From: Lytechinus pictus
Taxonomy: Eukaryota
Assembly: GCF_037042905.1 (NCBI RefSeq)
Contig: NC_087252.1
Location: 21,640,001 to 21,704,000 of the forward strand
Direction: 5' to 3'
DNA length: 64,000 bases
Shown: piece after piece, positions 1-11,245 of the stretch
Layout of the letters: every line of letters starts with the position of its first letter
Position numbering within the stretch: position 1 is the stretch's first letter
The notes under the pieces: model-generated
What the model was told of the DNA's origin: nothing
Databases searched by the model: none
Seen by the model: the letters and a program-made list of their open reading frames with translations, nothing else
Position numbers and translations under genes: made by a program

Positions 1-447
1 GAACTTTCAGATGTGAACCATCAACCACACCTCTACCATATTTCATTTCCATTTTTTTTTGACAAGCAGAAATGTAAGTCCAGGGGGCATATCCGTAGTG
101 TGTATTAAATGTATGAGTAATTTCCGTTAACACTTGTTTGAAGAAGGCGATCGTGATTCTCGATCTCCGGGAACGATGCGCTCGGGGGACCGACCTGTCT
201 CCCGGTTCGTTGAGATGCATGCAGCGATTTTGATTAGGATCCATTACGGATCTCATCAATCATAATTTAGAGTTCATCTTGGTTCGATCTCATGAGTTTT
301 TCTAGGTAATGTCTTGCTCTGATTTGATTAAATGTCTTTTATAAATGATATTGTGTTGGTTGTGGTTATGATTGAGAAGATATGCATCCAGGCATGTCTG
401 GCTGAGAGGTTTTTATTGAATCTGAAAGAAGTAAGAACTGTCAAATG

Positions 448-621
448 ATGATCCTATATTTCCTCTCCAACATCGCTCCTGTCCTGATATCTCATAAGGC
501 ATTGGATTAGGATTAAGATTATGGTTTTGGATTAGGATTGATGTCAGGGTTTAATGTTTGGATTAAAGTGCAGATGGACTGACCATCGGAGTGGTTGTCA
601 CCTGAGCTAATTTCATGGAAT
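448..621. mobile_element. Degenerate MITE-like remnant with (GGATTA/GGTTT)-type internal repeats
   Basis: Internal run ggattaggattaagattatggttttggattagg, with a right end ggagtggttgtcacctgagctaatttcatggaatc resembling a common marine-invertebrate MITE end (recalled). The left end is decayed. Confidence 0.35.
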
Positions 622-1244
622 CCTGTTAACCTATTGAATGTAAATTTTTGTTCAATTTCTATAGGCTTTTTGCATGGGTCGCCTAGCACTCGGGAGGCAA
701 TGGTTTATGCAAAATGATAATAGTAATATATAACATTTAGACATTACATGGAAATATATAGCGAAGAAGGAAAAGAAGGAAAGTTGGTCTGATCACAAGA
801 TGCATGCTCTAGACCAAAAGGTAGGAGAGCATGTCATCATAGCACGAGAGTAAATGAAATGATTATGATTAATACAATGGTTCTTAGCGCTGCACACTAT
901 TACACAGCTTTAGCACGGCTACTGGGATTGGGTACATGTAGGTGTAGTAAAGGAATTAGAAAGGAATGGACTCAAGAGCATGTCGAGGGCAGCTTCCATC
1001 TTTGTGGACAAACTCTCAAGATCTCGAAGGCCACGGGAGCAAAGGGCACTCGAGCAAAGACCGACAATGTGAGGGTACACAAGTTGGAAAGGTGTTAGGA
1101 ATACTGATGAGGGTCGCAACTGAGGTTGCAATTTGTCCAAGATCATGAAAGATTTTGGCTGAAATTCTTTGGTTTGGGTTCAAAATGATTTTAATTAAAA
1201 TGCACCTCGACCCTAGCTAGCACTAAGAATGGGCTCGTGACAAC

Positions 1245-1303
1245 CCTGATTTGAAGGCACGTCCCTCTAACTACAAGGCAAAAAGTCAGAACCACTACAT
1301 CAC
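1245..1303 (-). mobile_element. SINE head fragment (same family as 6962-7273)
   Basis: ctacaaggcaaaagtcagaaccactacatcac matches ttacaaggcgagagtcagaaccactacactac at about 7234-7265. Confidence 0.6.
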
Positions 1304-1821
1304 ATAAATTGACAGAAAAAAAATGAATAAGAGAGATGAAACGAGAGACAGAACGTGCAAAAGCAAGAAAAAAAATATCTCAAAATTAAAACGCCACCTG
1401 CTGCTCCGGGCTCTGTGCATGTACAGCCAAGAATTTGTGTAAATTGATGAGGGAAATATAATCACAAACTATTGACTTCTCGCTCTGTTCTTTTCCTTTC
1501 ATGAGAGTTTGAGACATCACTCTGGCTCCTTGCCCCGTCTTGTCTTTATTCATGCAATATATTCACCCTCCCAGGCAAGCATGCAACGTCTTGGAATATA
1601 TGATGAGGTGTTCATCAATTTGTTTTTTCCATCTCTTCATTTGATGAAATCTGCGATTCTTTTATATCATTCTCGTACGGTTGTATCATTATTGGTCGAA
1701 TTTTCATTCATGTCTGACAAACAAGCCAAGTAATTAAAGATTTTTTAGTTATGAGTGGTGACACGATGATGCGTATGTTATTTTCTTTTTTTATATTTGG
1801 CATAGAGTTGCTATTTTTGTT

Positions 1822-2160
1822 CACTCTTCCCTTTTCGGTTCCCTGGGGATTCGGTATTACCCAATGCTTAATCATGTGACCAAGATGGCAATGTCATGTG
1901 ACCAAGATGTCATTGTCAGGCGGCCCGTTGGTCACTCTTCCCTTTTCCGTTCCCTGGGGATTCGGTATTACCCAATGCTTAATCATGTGACCAAGATGGC
2001 AATGTCATGTGACCAAGATGTCATTGTCAGGTGGCCCTTCGGTCACTCTTCCCTTTTTTTGTTCCCTGGGGATTCAGTATTACCCAATGTTTAATCATGT
2101 GACCAAGATGGCAATGTCATGTGACCAAGATGTCATTGTCAGGTGCTCCTTCAATCCCTC
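1822..2160. repeat. Tandem repeat, 111-bp unit x3
   Basis: Units begin cactcttccctttt at 1822, 1933 and 2044 and are nearly identical. Each contains tcatgtgaccaagatg twice. Confidence 0.95.
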
Positions 2161-2280
2161 TCCTTTCGTGTTTCCTTTGCTTTTCCGTTCCCCCTGTGTT
2201 CTCGGTTTGGTCAGTTGGAAATTAATTTTCTTTTAATTTTGGTCATATTACTAATGTATCAGCTCAATTATCAATTTACT

Positions 2281-2380
2281 TATCTTTTCTTTTCTCTTTT
2301 GTTTCTTCATGCAGGTAAGTCTATTTGAACTACAGATATGAAATTACTATTCCGTTGACCTGTGTCAAGATCTGGTAAGT
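2281..2380 (+). other. Candidate recursive splice site (CAG|GTAAGT) with 60-nt cryptic RS-exon 2315-2374
   Basis: Pyrimidine tract 2281-2310, CAG 2312-2314 directly followed by GTAAGT 2315-2320, and a second donor CTG|GTAAGT at 2375. Branch-like TACTAAT at about 2249-2255. The exon has stops in all three frames. Confidence 0.45.
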
Positions 2381-2545
2381 ACTACAATAACAGCGCAAAG
2401 TAGAGTACAAGAAAAGAGAAAACAGTAAAGAAAATATGTATGGTGGGTGAAAGAGAGAAACTGAGAGATAAAGAGGGGGGGGGATGAGGAGTAAGGGTAG
2501 GATATGTAAAAAAACAAAAATGAAAATAATCAACAACAAAAAATG

Positions 2546-2775
2546 TTAAACTAAAGTTGGACTAAAATAGAAAATGAAGAGACTATTATATAAGAGATGT
2601 TGATTAAAGAGATTACAGATGGAAACACATACAAAAAATTATGTCAGTGGATATTAAAAATATTAAACTATAGCTGGAATAAGATAGAAAATGAAGAGAA
2701 TACTATGTAAGAAATTTTGATGAAAGTGAAACTGATGGAAACACAAACAAATTGTGTAAATCAATGTTAAAAAAA
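2546..2775. repeat. Diverged tandem duplication, about 117-bp unit x2
   Basis: ttaaacta..g.tgga.taa.atagaaaatgaagaga...gatggaaacaca occurs at about 2546 and 2663. Confidence 0.7.
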
Positions 2776-3199
2776 TGAGAGAAGACATTAAGAGACTCCT
2801 TTATTTTAAATACAATATGACATTTTTTTTTACTTGTCGAAATGGGTTCAGTAAACATGTTAACCTACTCGTATGCACAGAAGGACCCTTGTGCAATATT
2901 GTGACTTCTAAAAATAGGACTTTCGTAGCTGCGATGACAAAATGAAAAGCTGAAACGATCACATACCAGTAATGACAAGTCTCTATCCTGATTGAATATA
3001 TATTGTAATCTATACTTGCACCCGTAGGGATGTATTTGCCATTTTTTGTTATCTGTTATTGCCCGGGCAGTTACATGCGGAAAATAAGGAATCAGCGACG
3101 TGCATATTGCCAGATAGACTGATGAGGGGGAAGGGAGAGTGGGGGAGGGGATGGGAGAGATGAACAGAGAGGGAGAAGTAAGACAAAATTGATGGAAAA

Positions 3200-3530
3200 A
3201 TGGAAGAAGAAGAAGAAGAAAAGGAAGAGGAAGAATAAAGAGTGATGCGGGAGAATGAAAGGAAGCAACAAAGAAGAGGAAGATGAAGAAGGTGATGAAG
3301 AAGAAGAAGAAGGAGGAGGAGGAGGAGAAGGAGGAGAAGAAGAAGGAGAAGGAGGAGGAAGAAGAGAAGAAGGAGAGGGAAAAGGAGAAGGAGGTGGAGG
3401 AGAAGGAGACAAAAAAGAAGGAGAAGAAGAAGAAGGAGACAAAGAAGAAAAAGAAGAAGGAGAAGAAGAAGAAGAAGAAGAAGGAGGAGGAGAAAAAGAA
3501 GGAGAAGGAGGTGGAGGACAAGTCAGGAGG
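3200..3530. repeat. (GAA/GGA)n polypurine low-complexity tract
   Basis: Near-continuous gaa/gga triplets; the source of the poly-E/K/S/F ORFs. Confidence 0.95.
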
Positions 3531-4116
3531 TTGAGAGGAAGCATCAGAAAGACAGTGACAGAGAGAGTGGGGTAGAGAGAGAGGGGGGGGGGGGTGGAGA
3601 GAAGGAAATTTATTGTCTTGGTAATCGTTTTCATATTAATAGAGAAATAACCTGAAATGATGTTTAATCCTTGCAAAGTAACCATAATTCTTTAATTTTG
3701 TTTTACAAGGACCATGACTTGCAAGTGGCATACGTTCACTAATGCTTTAGAAAATCACAGATATATGTGACTTTCTGAAATATGACTGTGAAGGGCTAAC
3801 TTTGTAGGGTGTTGCTGTAACCAGGAAGCCTCTTAACCATCAACAAGGCATGATTGAAGCAGTGATAGAGAGAAAGGGTGAACCTGTATAATAAAGAAAG
3901 CCAGCACTGAGGATATAGGGATAAAGAGAGGAATAAGAAAATGGAAATGATAGAAAATAAAACCATAGAAGCTTCAAACCTCTTGATTATACATCACTTA
4001 GGATGTTGCACCTGGGATCAGCTTATCAAGATGTTAGGAAATAGATTGAGTCTGTGTATGAATATATTATACCTTCTGGAGTTTCTAATCCTTTTAACAT
4101 ACACCATCCTCCGTGG

Positions 4117-5200
4117 CAGTCAGACCGCAGGTCCCTATGCTAATGAGCAAAAAGGCCAGATTCATCCAAATCATCTCGTGGCTGAATCCTCCTCCTTGCA
4201 AAATCTCATGATTCGTGAGATTTTCTTTCTCTAAGAATTTACCTGTTTTAACCTCAAGTTAAATGAAATATTATTACACGATCAGATAGAGTAAAAGTTA
4301 CTCTTTCATATTGGTCATTTACTTTGTATACAATATTTTGTTAAATAAGTAAATTTCTGGCCTGAAAATGTGCCTAACAACGGAATTTTCTTCCTCTGTT
4401 TTCTTTTGCAAATTGTGCAAAACTTTATATTTTGAGCCTCAATGATATCTATATCACCATAAAGCTGAACATCTGTACTTTCTCACAATGCCACTGTTGA
4501 TATGCGGCACCTTTTAATCGGGTCAAGATCACACTTTTCCCACCAAGGTACAAGACGAGATTTCTGAAATTTTGTACTTGCATGAAATCCAGAGTTCTGA
4601 TTGGCTGGATAAGGTTCACAGAACAACAGTCGCGGGGTATTTGAGGAGATTACCACATGGGAAGTGTGACCTTCCCACGAACCCAGGCACTGGAACCGTT
4701 GGAATTTGCCATTGTGTGGTCTCTTTGACCAATCAGAGTGCAGTATTCTTGTTTTCAAGCTGCTTTATGTACTTGGCAAATGAAAAGTGTGATCTTGACC
4801 CGATTAAACCAATTCTTATTTTGAAACCTATATCATTTCAAAGCATACATATTCAGCTTTATCATGATATAAAAATCATTTGGGCTCAAACAAAAATAAA
4901 GTGTGAAAATAGCAGCTTTTGTCAGGTGAAAATATTTATTTTGTAGCATATTTTAGATCAAAATTTTCACCTATATTACAAAATCTTTGAATAAATCCAA
5001 ACACATGACCTGAAAGAATGATTCTTCTTCTTTACAATGGTACCAAATTCATGAAATTCGATGCACAATTAGAGCAGCAATGACCGAATGAAAAGAGGTG
5101 TTTTGGTCCGCATCAAGCTAATTAAATATGCAAAACATCTCAAGTCATGAATATCACTTGGATGAAAGAAGCCACTTTCTTGGGACCTGCAGTCTGACTG
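4117..5200. mobile_element. Non-autonomous DNA transposon with 19-bp TIR and 4-bp TSD (GTGG); Academ-like by end/TSD rule
   Basis: cagtcagaccgcaggtccc (4117-4135) versus gggacctgcagtctgactg (5182-5200), one mismatch. GTGG at 4113-4116 and 5201-5204. Internal imperfect inverted arms at about 4430-4480 and 4840-4895. Confidence 0.8.
4518..4803. mobile_element. MITE nested in 4117-5200, TTAA-flanked
   Basis: Perfect TIR tcgggtcaagatcacactttt / aaaagtgtgatcttgacccga. TTAA at 4514-4517 and 4804-4807. Inverted CCAAT boxes inside. Confidence 0.85.
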
Positions 5201-5824
5201 GTGGTCTTGAGGGGTGTAGATGTACACCCCTCTTGGGAGCAAGGGGGGCTAGTTTTACCCAAGCCTCCATGGAAGGGCATGTCCGCGTACCCTCTACCAC
5301 GTCATGGCGGGCGTGTGCGTCGCTCGGAGGGGCCGTCAGATAATTAAAGAAAGATTGATTGTTGGTGAGATTTGAATATCTCTTTTCGCCTGCTGGCTCC
5401 GTCCGGCTGCCGGTTTCGGGCATGAAAAACCGTTCCATAATTCTGCCAATTCTCCGAAGATGTCAGAGGAATTAGCCAAAGTTCAGAGTACAGTGAAATT
5501 GGAGAGATATCCGAAAGCTGATTTCCATTTTTTATCTGGTGTTTCTTTTCTTTTTCTTTTACCTGTTGGGAACTACGTTCCATAATTCCCATAGGTTTAA
5601 TACGGGGAAGAGCAGGTTCCAATAGCCAATTAGCTTGGTGAAAAAAACTTGAGGTAATGCTCGACAGAAGAAAGTTTGATGCAAAGTCGCTTTCGATCTC
5701 CGCTTTCGATCTCTTCCAGAGTTTGAGAGCGTCCTTAACAGATCAAATATGCTTTATGATAATAGCGCAGATATATAGGTCCTATGAAAGGCAATCAACA
5801 ATTCTAATTAAGGGACAAGAGTAG

Positions 5825-6128
5825 GGGGAGCGTTGTGGCCCAGTGGATTAGTCTCCGGACTTTGAAACAGAGGGTTGTGGGTTCGAATCCCAGCCATGGC
5901 GTGATTTCCTTCGGCAAGAAATTTATCCACATTGTGCTGCACTCAACCCAGGTGAGGTGAATGGGTACCTGGCAGGAATTTATTCCTTGAAATGCGTGTG
6001 TGCTGTAATCTTAGTAATTACGGCTGCCAAGCTACAGCTGGGGTAATAATATCCAAGTCCTTTGGAAGCGCATAGCGACATTATTCATAATCGTGATATG
6101 CGCTATACAAGAACTGTTTATTATTATT
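5825..6128 (+). mobile_element. Full-length tRNA-derived SINE with CORE-like body and L2-type tail
   Basis: A box tggcccagtgg, B box gggttcgaatccc, tRNA-Gln-like head (ggactttgaaac), body ccttcggcaagaaatttatccacattgtgctgcactcaacccaggtgaggtgaatgggtacc, and a gcgc...gcgctata stem followed by an (att)n tail. Confidence 0.9.
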
Positions 6129-6961
6129 TTATATTTAGTTTGGAAATGCGGATGATTACATTATACCCTAATCTTGATATGGAATTGTACATGTATGTGA
6201 TATTAGTCGACAGTCAAGTGCATTCTACTGGCTAAAATTCTTAGGTTTCTTTGATTCTCATTTACATGCAGATCGTGGACTCAATAACCGATGCAGAGAG
6301 TAATCTGAAACTTATTTCTTCCATAATTCCAGACAAAATCCTTTCTTATATACCGAACGATATCTCTTCTCTTAAATGTGATCCGATCATTTTGACACCC
6401 ACACACAGAATCCCCTATTGTGATTTGAAACGCTGTCACAAGGCCTCCCTTTCGAACTTGAGCTCCTGCAGTGAAGTCAGCTACCCCATTAATTAAGGGT
6501 TTGTTCATTCATGAAGGAGCAGGTGGAGACATTTGAATCTTTGACAAGAATAAAAATAAATGAACGGTAAACGGTTCTATTATTACTGTAACTGATACAC
6601 ACATTGACACCAAACATTCTCTCATTTATATGCAGAGATTTTGTGACATGGGTACCCTTGAATGAAAACATAATTGCACATTTTTTTGTCAGATGTCATT
6701 GTATTCTTCTGAGTGTTGCAATATATTCTTAGTGGATTCCGAGTAGATTCCAGTGTAATATTTCAAATGTCAGTGCTTATTTATTTGATATCTAGTCCTT
6801 TTGCGCAAGGTATATGGCAGTAATACCTCATGTCATGGATATTGTGCAAATATATATGTGTGTTGTGGAATGGTAATGGGTATGATGGTATAATGTTAGG
6901 CTGAATTTATTGAGCAAGGTTGAATCGGACTCTCCTCATTTTGATACCAGTATCTTTTTAA

Positions 6962-7273
6962 TGATAATAATAATCCGCTTTTAAATACCGTTTAACTTGA
7001 ATACATCAGAACAACATCTCTAAGCGCTTTACATATATATTATTACCCCGGTCTCCACTCCTTGGGGAGCATTCCAACAAGTGTTTCAAGGCTCAATTGC
7101 TAAGCATACTACATAGGCTTTTGCATCCTACCGGGTACCCATTTAACACCTGGGTGGAGAGTGGCAAATTGTGGATTGACGCCTTGCCAAAGGACGCTAG
7201 GCCATGGTGGGAATCGAACACACGACCCACTGATTACAAGGCGAGAGTCAGAACCACTACACTACGACGCTTC
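6962..7273 (-). mobile_element. tRNA-derived SINE, related subfamily
   Basis: Reverse strand reads gaagcgtcgtagtgtagtggttctgactc...gttcgattcccacc...ccacccaggtgttaaatgggtacccggtagg...aaagcgcttagag...(att)n. Confidence 0.85.
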
Positions 7274-8039
7274 ATATTCTGCCAAGAATTCATTGATATT
7301 TTGAATAATATCAAGATCACTCAATGGCCCAATATCTCCCTACAAGCTTTCTTCCAAATTTATTGACAGATCATCCTGTAGTTGTATGATTTTTCACTAT
7401 CATTTATTTGTTCATGTGAAGGGGATTTAATTTTTTTTGCTTCCTAATCGACAATGGGGGGGGGGGGGGGGTGGAAAGTTCACCCTAGTGCATGCCAATG
7501 GGTAGATTGCAAAATTTATCATTGATGAAGCCAGTTTTATAATGAATTTTAGTTCTTTACTCCATATAGAGCTTACATTGCGCATTGTTGCAAAGACACT
7601 TAAAGCTATGACGGTGATTGATGATATCAAAGTTCTTAAAGAAAGTGTGATCTCTGGATGAAAATAATATCTGGTGTAACTAAATGAATAAATGCAGGGA
7701 GTATATTTTGTTTTTTTCAAGTATGCCCAGGTAGACCTTGAATTCTTTAGTCCTCCTCATTCCTTCATTGATGCTAATTATTAATTTTGCTACTCCCTTA
7801 TCTATGCATTGGAGCTATCTTACATACTTGATGTAATAACACCATGGCAGATGCATATTAAAGAGTAGGATATGTATCATTTTGGAGTATGCCATAACAA
7901 GGCTTGATTTCTGAATCAAGTCCTAATTTTCATGCTAAGTATTAATTTATGTCTCCTTCATGCGGTATAACATATTGATTGGGAGTTGTATGTCACTGGT
8001 CTTATGACTGTAGAGAACTACTGTGTCTTGTTATGCATA

Positions 8040-8262
8040 CACTGTAAATACTGGTGTTAGAACTGACACCAGTTGGTGTTAATAGAGGACCACACCCTGA
8101 GGTGTTGAAATTACACCCTAGAGATTGAAAATAACACCAAAGAGCGTAAATGTAACAATCAAAGGTGTTGTAATAACACCTATAGGTGTCAATTTATCAC
8201 CGGTGTAAAATGGCTGGTGTGGTCCTATATGTACACCAGTTAACACCCCAGGTTTTTGCTGC
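8040..8262. mobile_element. CACTG-terminated MITE (CMC/EnSpm-like) with internal aacacc/ggtgtt repeats
   Basis: Left end ta|cactgtaaa, many inverted ggtgtt/aacacc motifs, and a decayed right end tttttgctgca. Confidence 0.6.
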
Positions 8263-8332
8263 ATATTTGAAAGGAGTATTACCTGAATGAATTTTGTATT
8301 ACCGCAAGAACTTTCTGGGAGTTAAAATGCTG

Positions 8333-8608
8333 GTGCATGGTGGCTCAGTGGTAGAGCATCTGCCTCATGAACAGAAGGCCATGGGTTCAATCCTTGGCCA
8401 AGTCATACCAGAGAAATGGGCCTTCTGCCTCCTTCCTTACTGCTCAGCATTTAGATTGCAGAATGGTTACATGATATGTTATTCAGTGACTGCAGGTAGA
8501 GCTTTGGTATGAATGACAGAAGTTGCTAAACATCATGGCAGGTTCTGCTTAAACCCTTTGCCCAGCCCTGACATAGCAAAACCCTTATTTTGCAAGGCAC
8601 TCACTCAC
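8333..8608 (+). mobile_element. Second tRNA-derived SINE family (Meta-domain-like body), diverged
   Basis: A box tggctcagtggtagagc, B box gggttcaatcc, body gtcataccagagaaatggg...tgcctcc...gctcagcatt (resembles the MetaSINE central domain from memory), and an (actc)n tail. Confidence 0.65.
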
Positions 8609-10116
8609 ATTTGGAACCCCCTTCATTTATTTAAAAAATAGATATCCTTAACATTGCTAAGAAAGCTGTTTAGGAAAAATAGTTCTTCCTCAGAAAATTA
8701 CTGATTTCAGATAGGAAGCTCATACTAGACTGCCCAAAAATTATGACTAACAAATTTCCAATAATAGAGAAAAAAATATTATTCCTGGAATTGAAGAGTC
8801 CAGCCACCATTTTTAGGAGATCAAACTCGACCCTTGATTCTCATCTTCCTTTTTGATGAGCCTTCGTCCTCTTTGATTAGCTTAAGGAGTGAAAGGCAGA
8901 GGTGAGATGGAGTAGATGGGGCGGAGGGGAAAGACCTTAAAGCGATCCCTAACGGGGCGTAACGAGGTGTGAAATAGAGGGTAACCTCGATCCTTCTACC
9001 GGTATTGCCTTCCACTTGAGGTGTAAAAGATGAGGCAGGCATTGATATTAACCGACTCTACATTAACCTCGTTAGACACATGATTTGGTTTAATGAAGGA
9101 GAGTGATAGAGAGAGAGGGGGGGGGGGGGTGGATATTTTCTTGTTTTAAGGTTTGTCACTGCAGTGACAAAGAGAGAAATGATATATGAAATGAAAAAAT
9201 GTAAACATTGCTAGGAGAAGAACTTATAAAGTACATGTAGGTTAGAATAAAATACATAATTTTATAGAATAAGGACTTCTTTTCATGAAATTTAAGAATG
9301 AAGACCCCCCCCCCCAAAAAAAAAACAATGACAAAAATGAGGAAGAATGGTGGTATAAATTCTGAAACAGAGAGTTGGTGTTGTAAGAAATCTACAAGGC
9401 TCCAGTAACCCCCCTACCCCCCTCCCCCCAAAAAAATAAGAGGGGAAAAAGCAATTATGAAAAAGAAAATACACTTACTGAGTAAGCTATTTCATGAATG
9501 AGAACAAACAAAAATCTGTTTTTGGTATCTTGTAGAAATTTATTGGTATCTTGTAAAATTTCCAGATGGTCAATATTTCTCTGTTTTCTCTCTCAGTGAG
9601 AGAGAAAACAGAGAAGAGAGAGAGAAAAAAAGAGAGGGGGGTAGGAGAACGGGAATGAAAAGACTAGCTCATATCTCAAAACTGCAACCAGAGAGGGAAA
9701 ACTGAAACTCTGAATGGATGGAAGGAGGTTGGAAGAGTGATGATGAAATCGAGAAGGGCGGCCGAAGAAACACACAAACACCTTTATCAAGGGCTACCCG
9801 TGATACGGGGGGAAACTTACCTGACGCTCGCTCGGACAAAGACATAAAGAGCAACAAACGAAAGATGCTTTATTTCGATATTGAGATATGAAATACTTCT
9901 AGGTTACCTGGAAAATGTGACAGAACGTGAAATTAAACTTGAGAGTTAAACGTGAAAGGTAGGGATGTTCATGAGTGGAAAGACTAGATGCTTGTGAAAC
10001 GGGCGGTACAGGTCGGGATGCATCGCTGACGTGGTGTGGTGTTACCTGGTAAGATTATCTCATTGGGAAATACTAGTGAGTTCTCCGTTATGAAAGTGCT
10101 GTGATGGAAAGCCACT

Positions 10117-10389
10117 GGGCCCCGTCTTACAAAGCGTTACGATTGATCCAATCAATCGTAACTCTATGGAAATCCGTCAGTGTCATAATTTTTTTCTACA
10201 GGAAATTTGCAAAATTTCATTTGTAAACAAAGGAGAACACATCAAATTGTCAAGAAATCAACAAATTTATGGATATACATTCATATCTAGAAATTTGTTT
10301 GAACAAACGTGCATTTCACATGTTGAATTTGCTGGCTTTCCATAGTTACGATTGATGCGATCAATCGCAACTCTCTGTAAGACAGGCCC
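10117..10389. mobile_element. PIF/Harbinger-like MITE (copy 1)
   Basis: Ends gggccccgtcttacaaagcgttacgattgatc / gatcaatcgcaactctctgtaagacaggccc. A homologous copy lies at 30465-30722. Confidence 0.85.
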
Positions 10390-10421
10390 TTAAAATTAAA
10401 GATGGGATGATGGAGAGTTCT

Positions 10422-10533
10422 GGTACAGTCACACGGCCGAAACCGACTCCAGACCGGTGCAATCTGTCATGCCGCCTTCAATGACAGACCATCGGTCGGT
10501 TTGGAGTCGGTTTCCTTGGTGGGACAGGAGCCC
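10422..10533. mobile_element. Mini-MITE forming a strong hairpin (core 10439-10514)
   Basis: gaaaccgactccagaccg pairs with cggtttggagtcggtttc, with an inner stem tctgtcat/atgacaga and decayed outer ends gtcacac/gtgggac. Confidence 0.65.
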
Positions 10534-10688
10534 TGAGGAGGTATATGAAGTTGGAAATGGGGAGAGGATGGGTGAGTGTGGAGTGAGATGGTGGTAGGGT
10601 GGGTGGTTTGGAAGAGCGGTGTGTGGGGATGGTATCGGGAGGAAGAGAAGGAGATGGAGATTGACAGAAGGTGAGGGAGATGGATAGC

Positions 10689-11245
10689 ATGTGAGAGGGC
10701 TTGATGGAGAGATACTGAATAGATAGGTAGATAGATGTGAGAGGGCTTGATGAAGAGATACTGAATAGATAGATAGATGTGAGAGGGCTTGATGGAGAGA
10801 TACTGAATAGATAGATAGATGTGAGAGGGCTTGATGGAGAGATACTGAATAGATAGATAGATAGATGTGAGAGGGCTTGATGGAGAGATACTGAATAGAT
10901 AGATAGATGTGAGAGGGCTTGATGGAGAGATACTGAATAGATAGATAGATAGATGTGAGAGGGCTTGATGGAGAGATACTGAATAGATAGATAGATGTGA
11001 GAGGGCTTGATGGAGAGATACTGAATAGATAGATAGAGAGATGTGAGAGGGCTTGGTGGAGAGATACTGAATAGATAGATAGATAGATGTGAGAGGGCTT
11101 GATGGAGAGATATTGAATAGATAGACAGATAGATGTGAGAGGGCTTGATGGAGAGATACTGAATAGATAGATAGATCTATGTGAGAGGGCTTGATGGAGA
11201 GATACTGAATAGATATATAGATGTGAGAGGGCTTGATGGAGAGAA
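10689..11245. repeat. Minisatellite, about 13 copies of a ~30-bp core plus variable (ATAG)n
   Basis: atgtgagagggcttgatggagagatactga(atag)n, with a period of about 42-46 bp. Confidence 0.95.

Noticed and set aside
859..1148. Overlapping short ORFs as a LINE or gene fragment
   Set aside because: No RT, endonuclease or other recognisable motif in any frame.
2865..3685. Poly-S/F/P/E/K ORFs
   Set aside because: They come from the (GAA/GGA)n low-complexity tract.
5825..5897. tRNA-Gln-like and tRNA-Met-like genes (also at 8333, 14555, 19190 and 25100)
   Set aside because: They lack a complete acceptor stem and run straight into SINE bodies and tails, so they are SINE heads rather than tRNA genes.
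6272..6496. Possible terminal exon after an acceptor (IVDSITDAESNLK...)
   Set aside because: There is a plausible acceptor and a ~75-codon open frame, but no recognisable domain or supporting neighbouring exons, so it cannot be distinguished from chance.
10689..11245. CRISPR-like array
   Set aside because: The intervening segments are (ATAG)n rather than unique spacers, the context is eukaryotic, and there are no cas genes.
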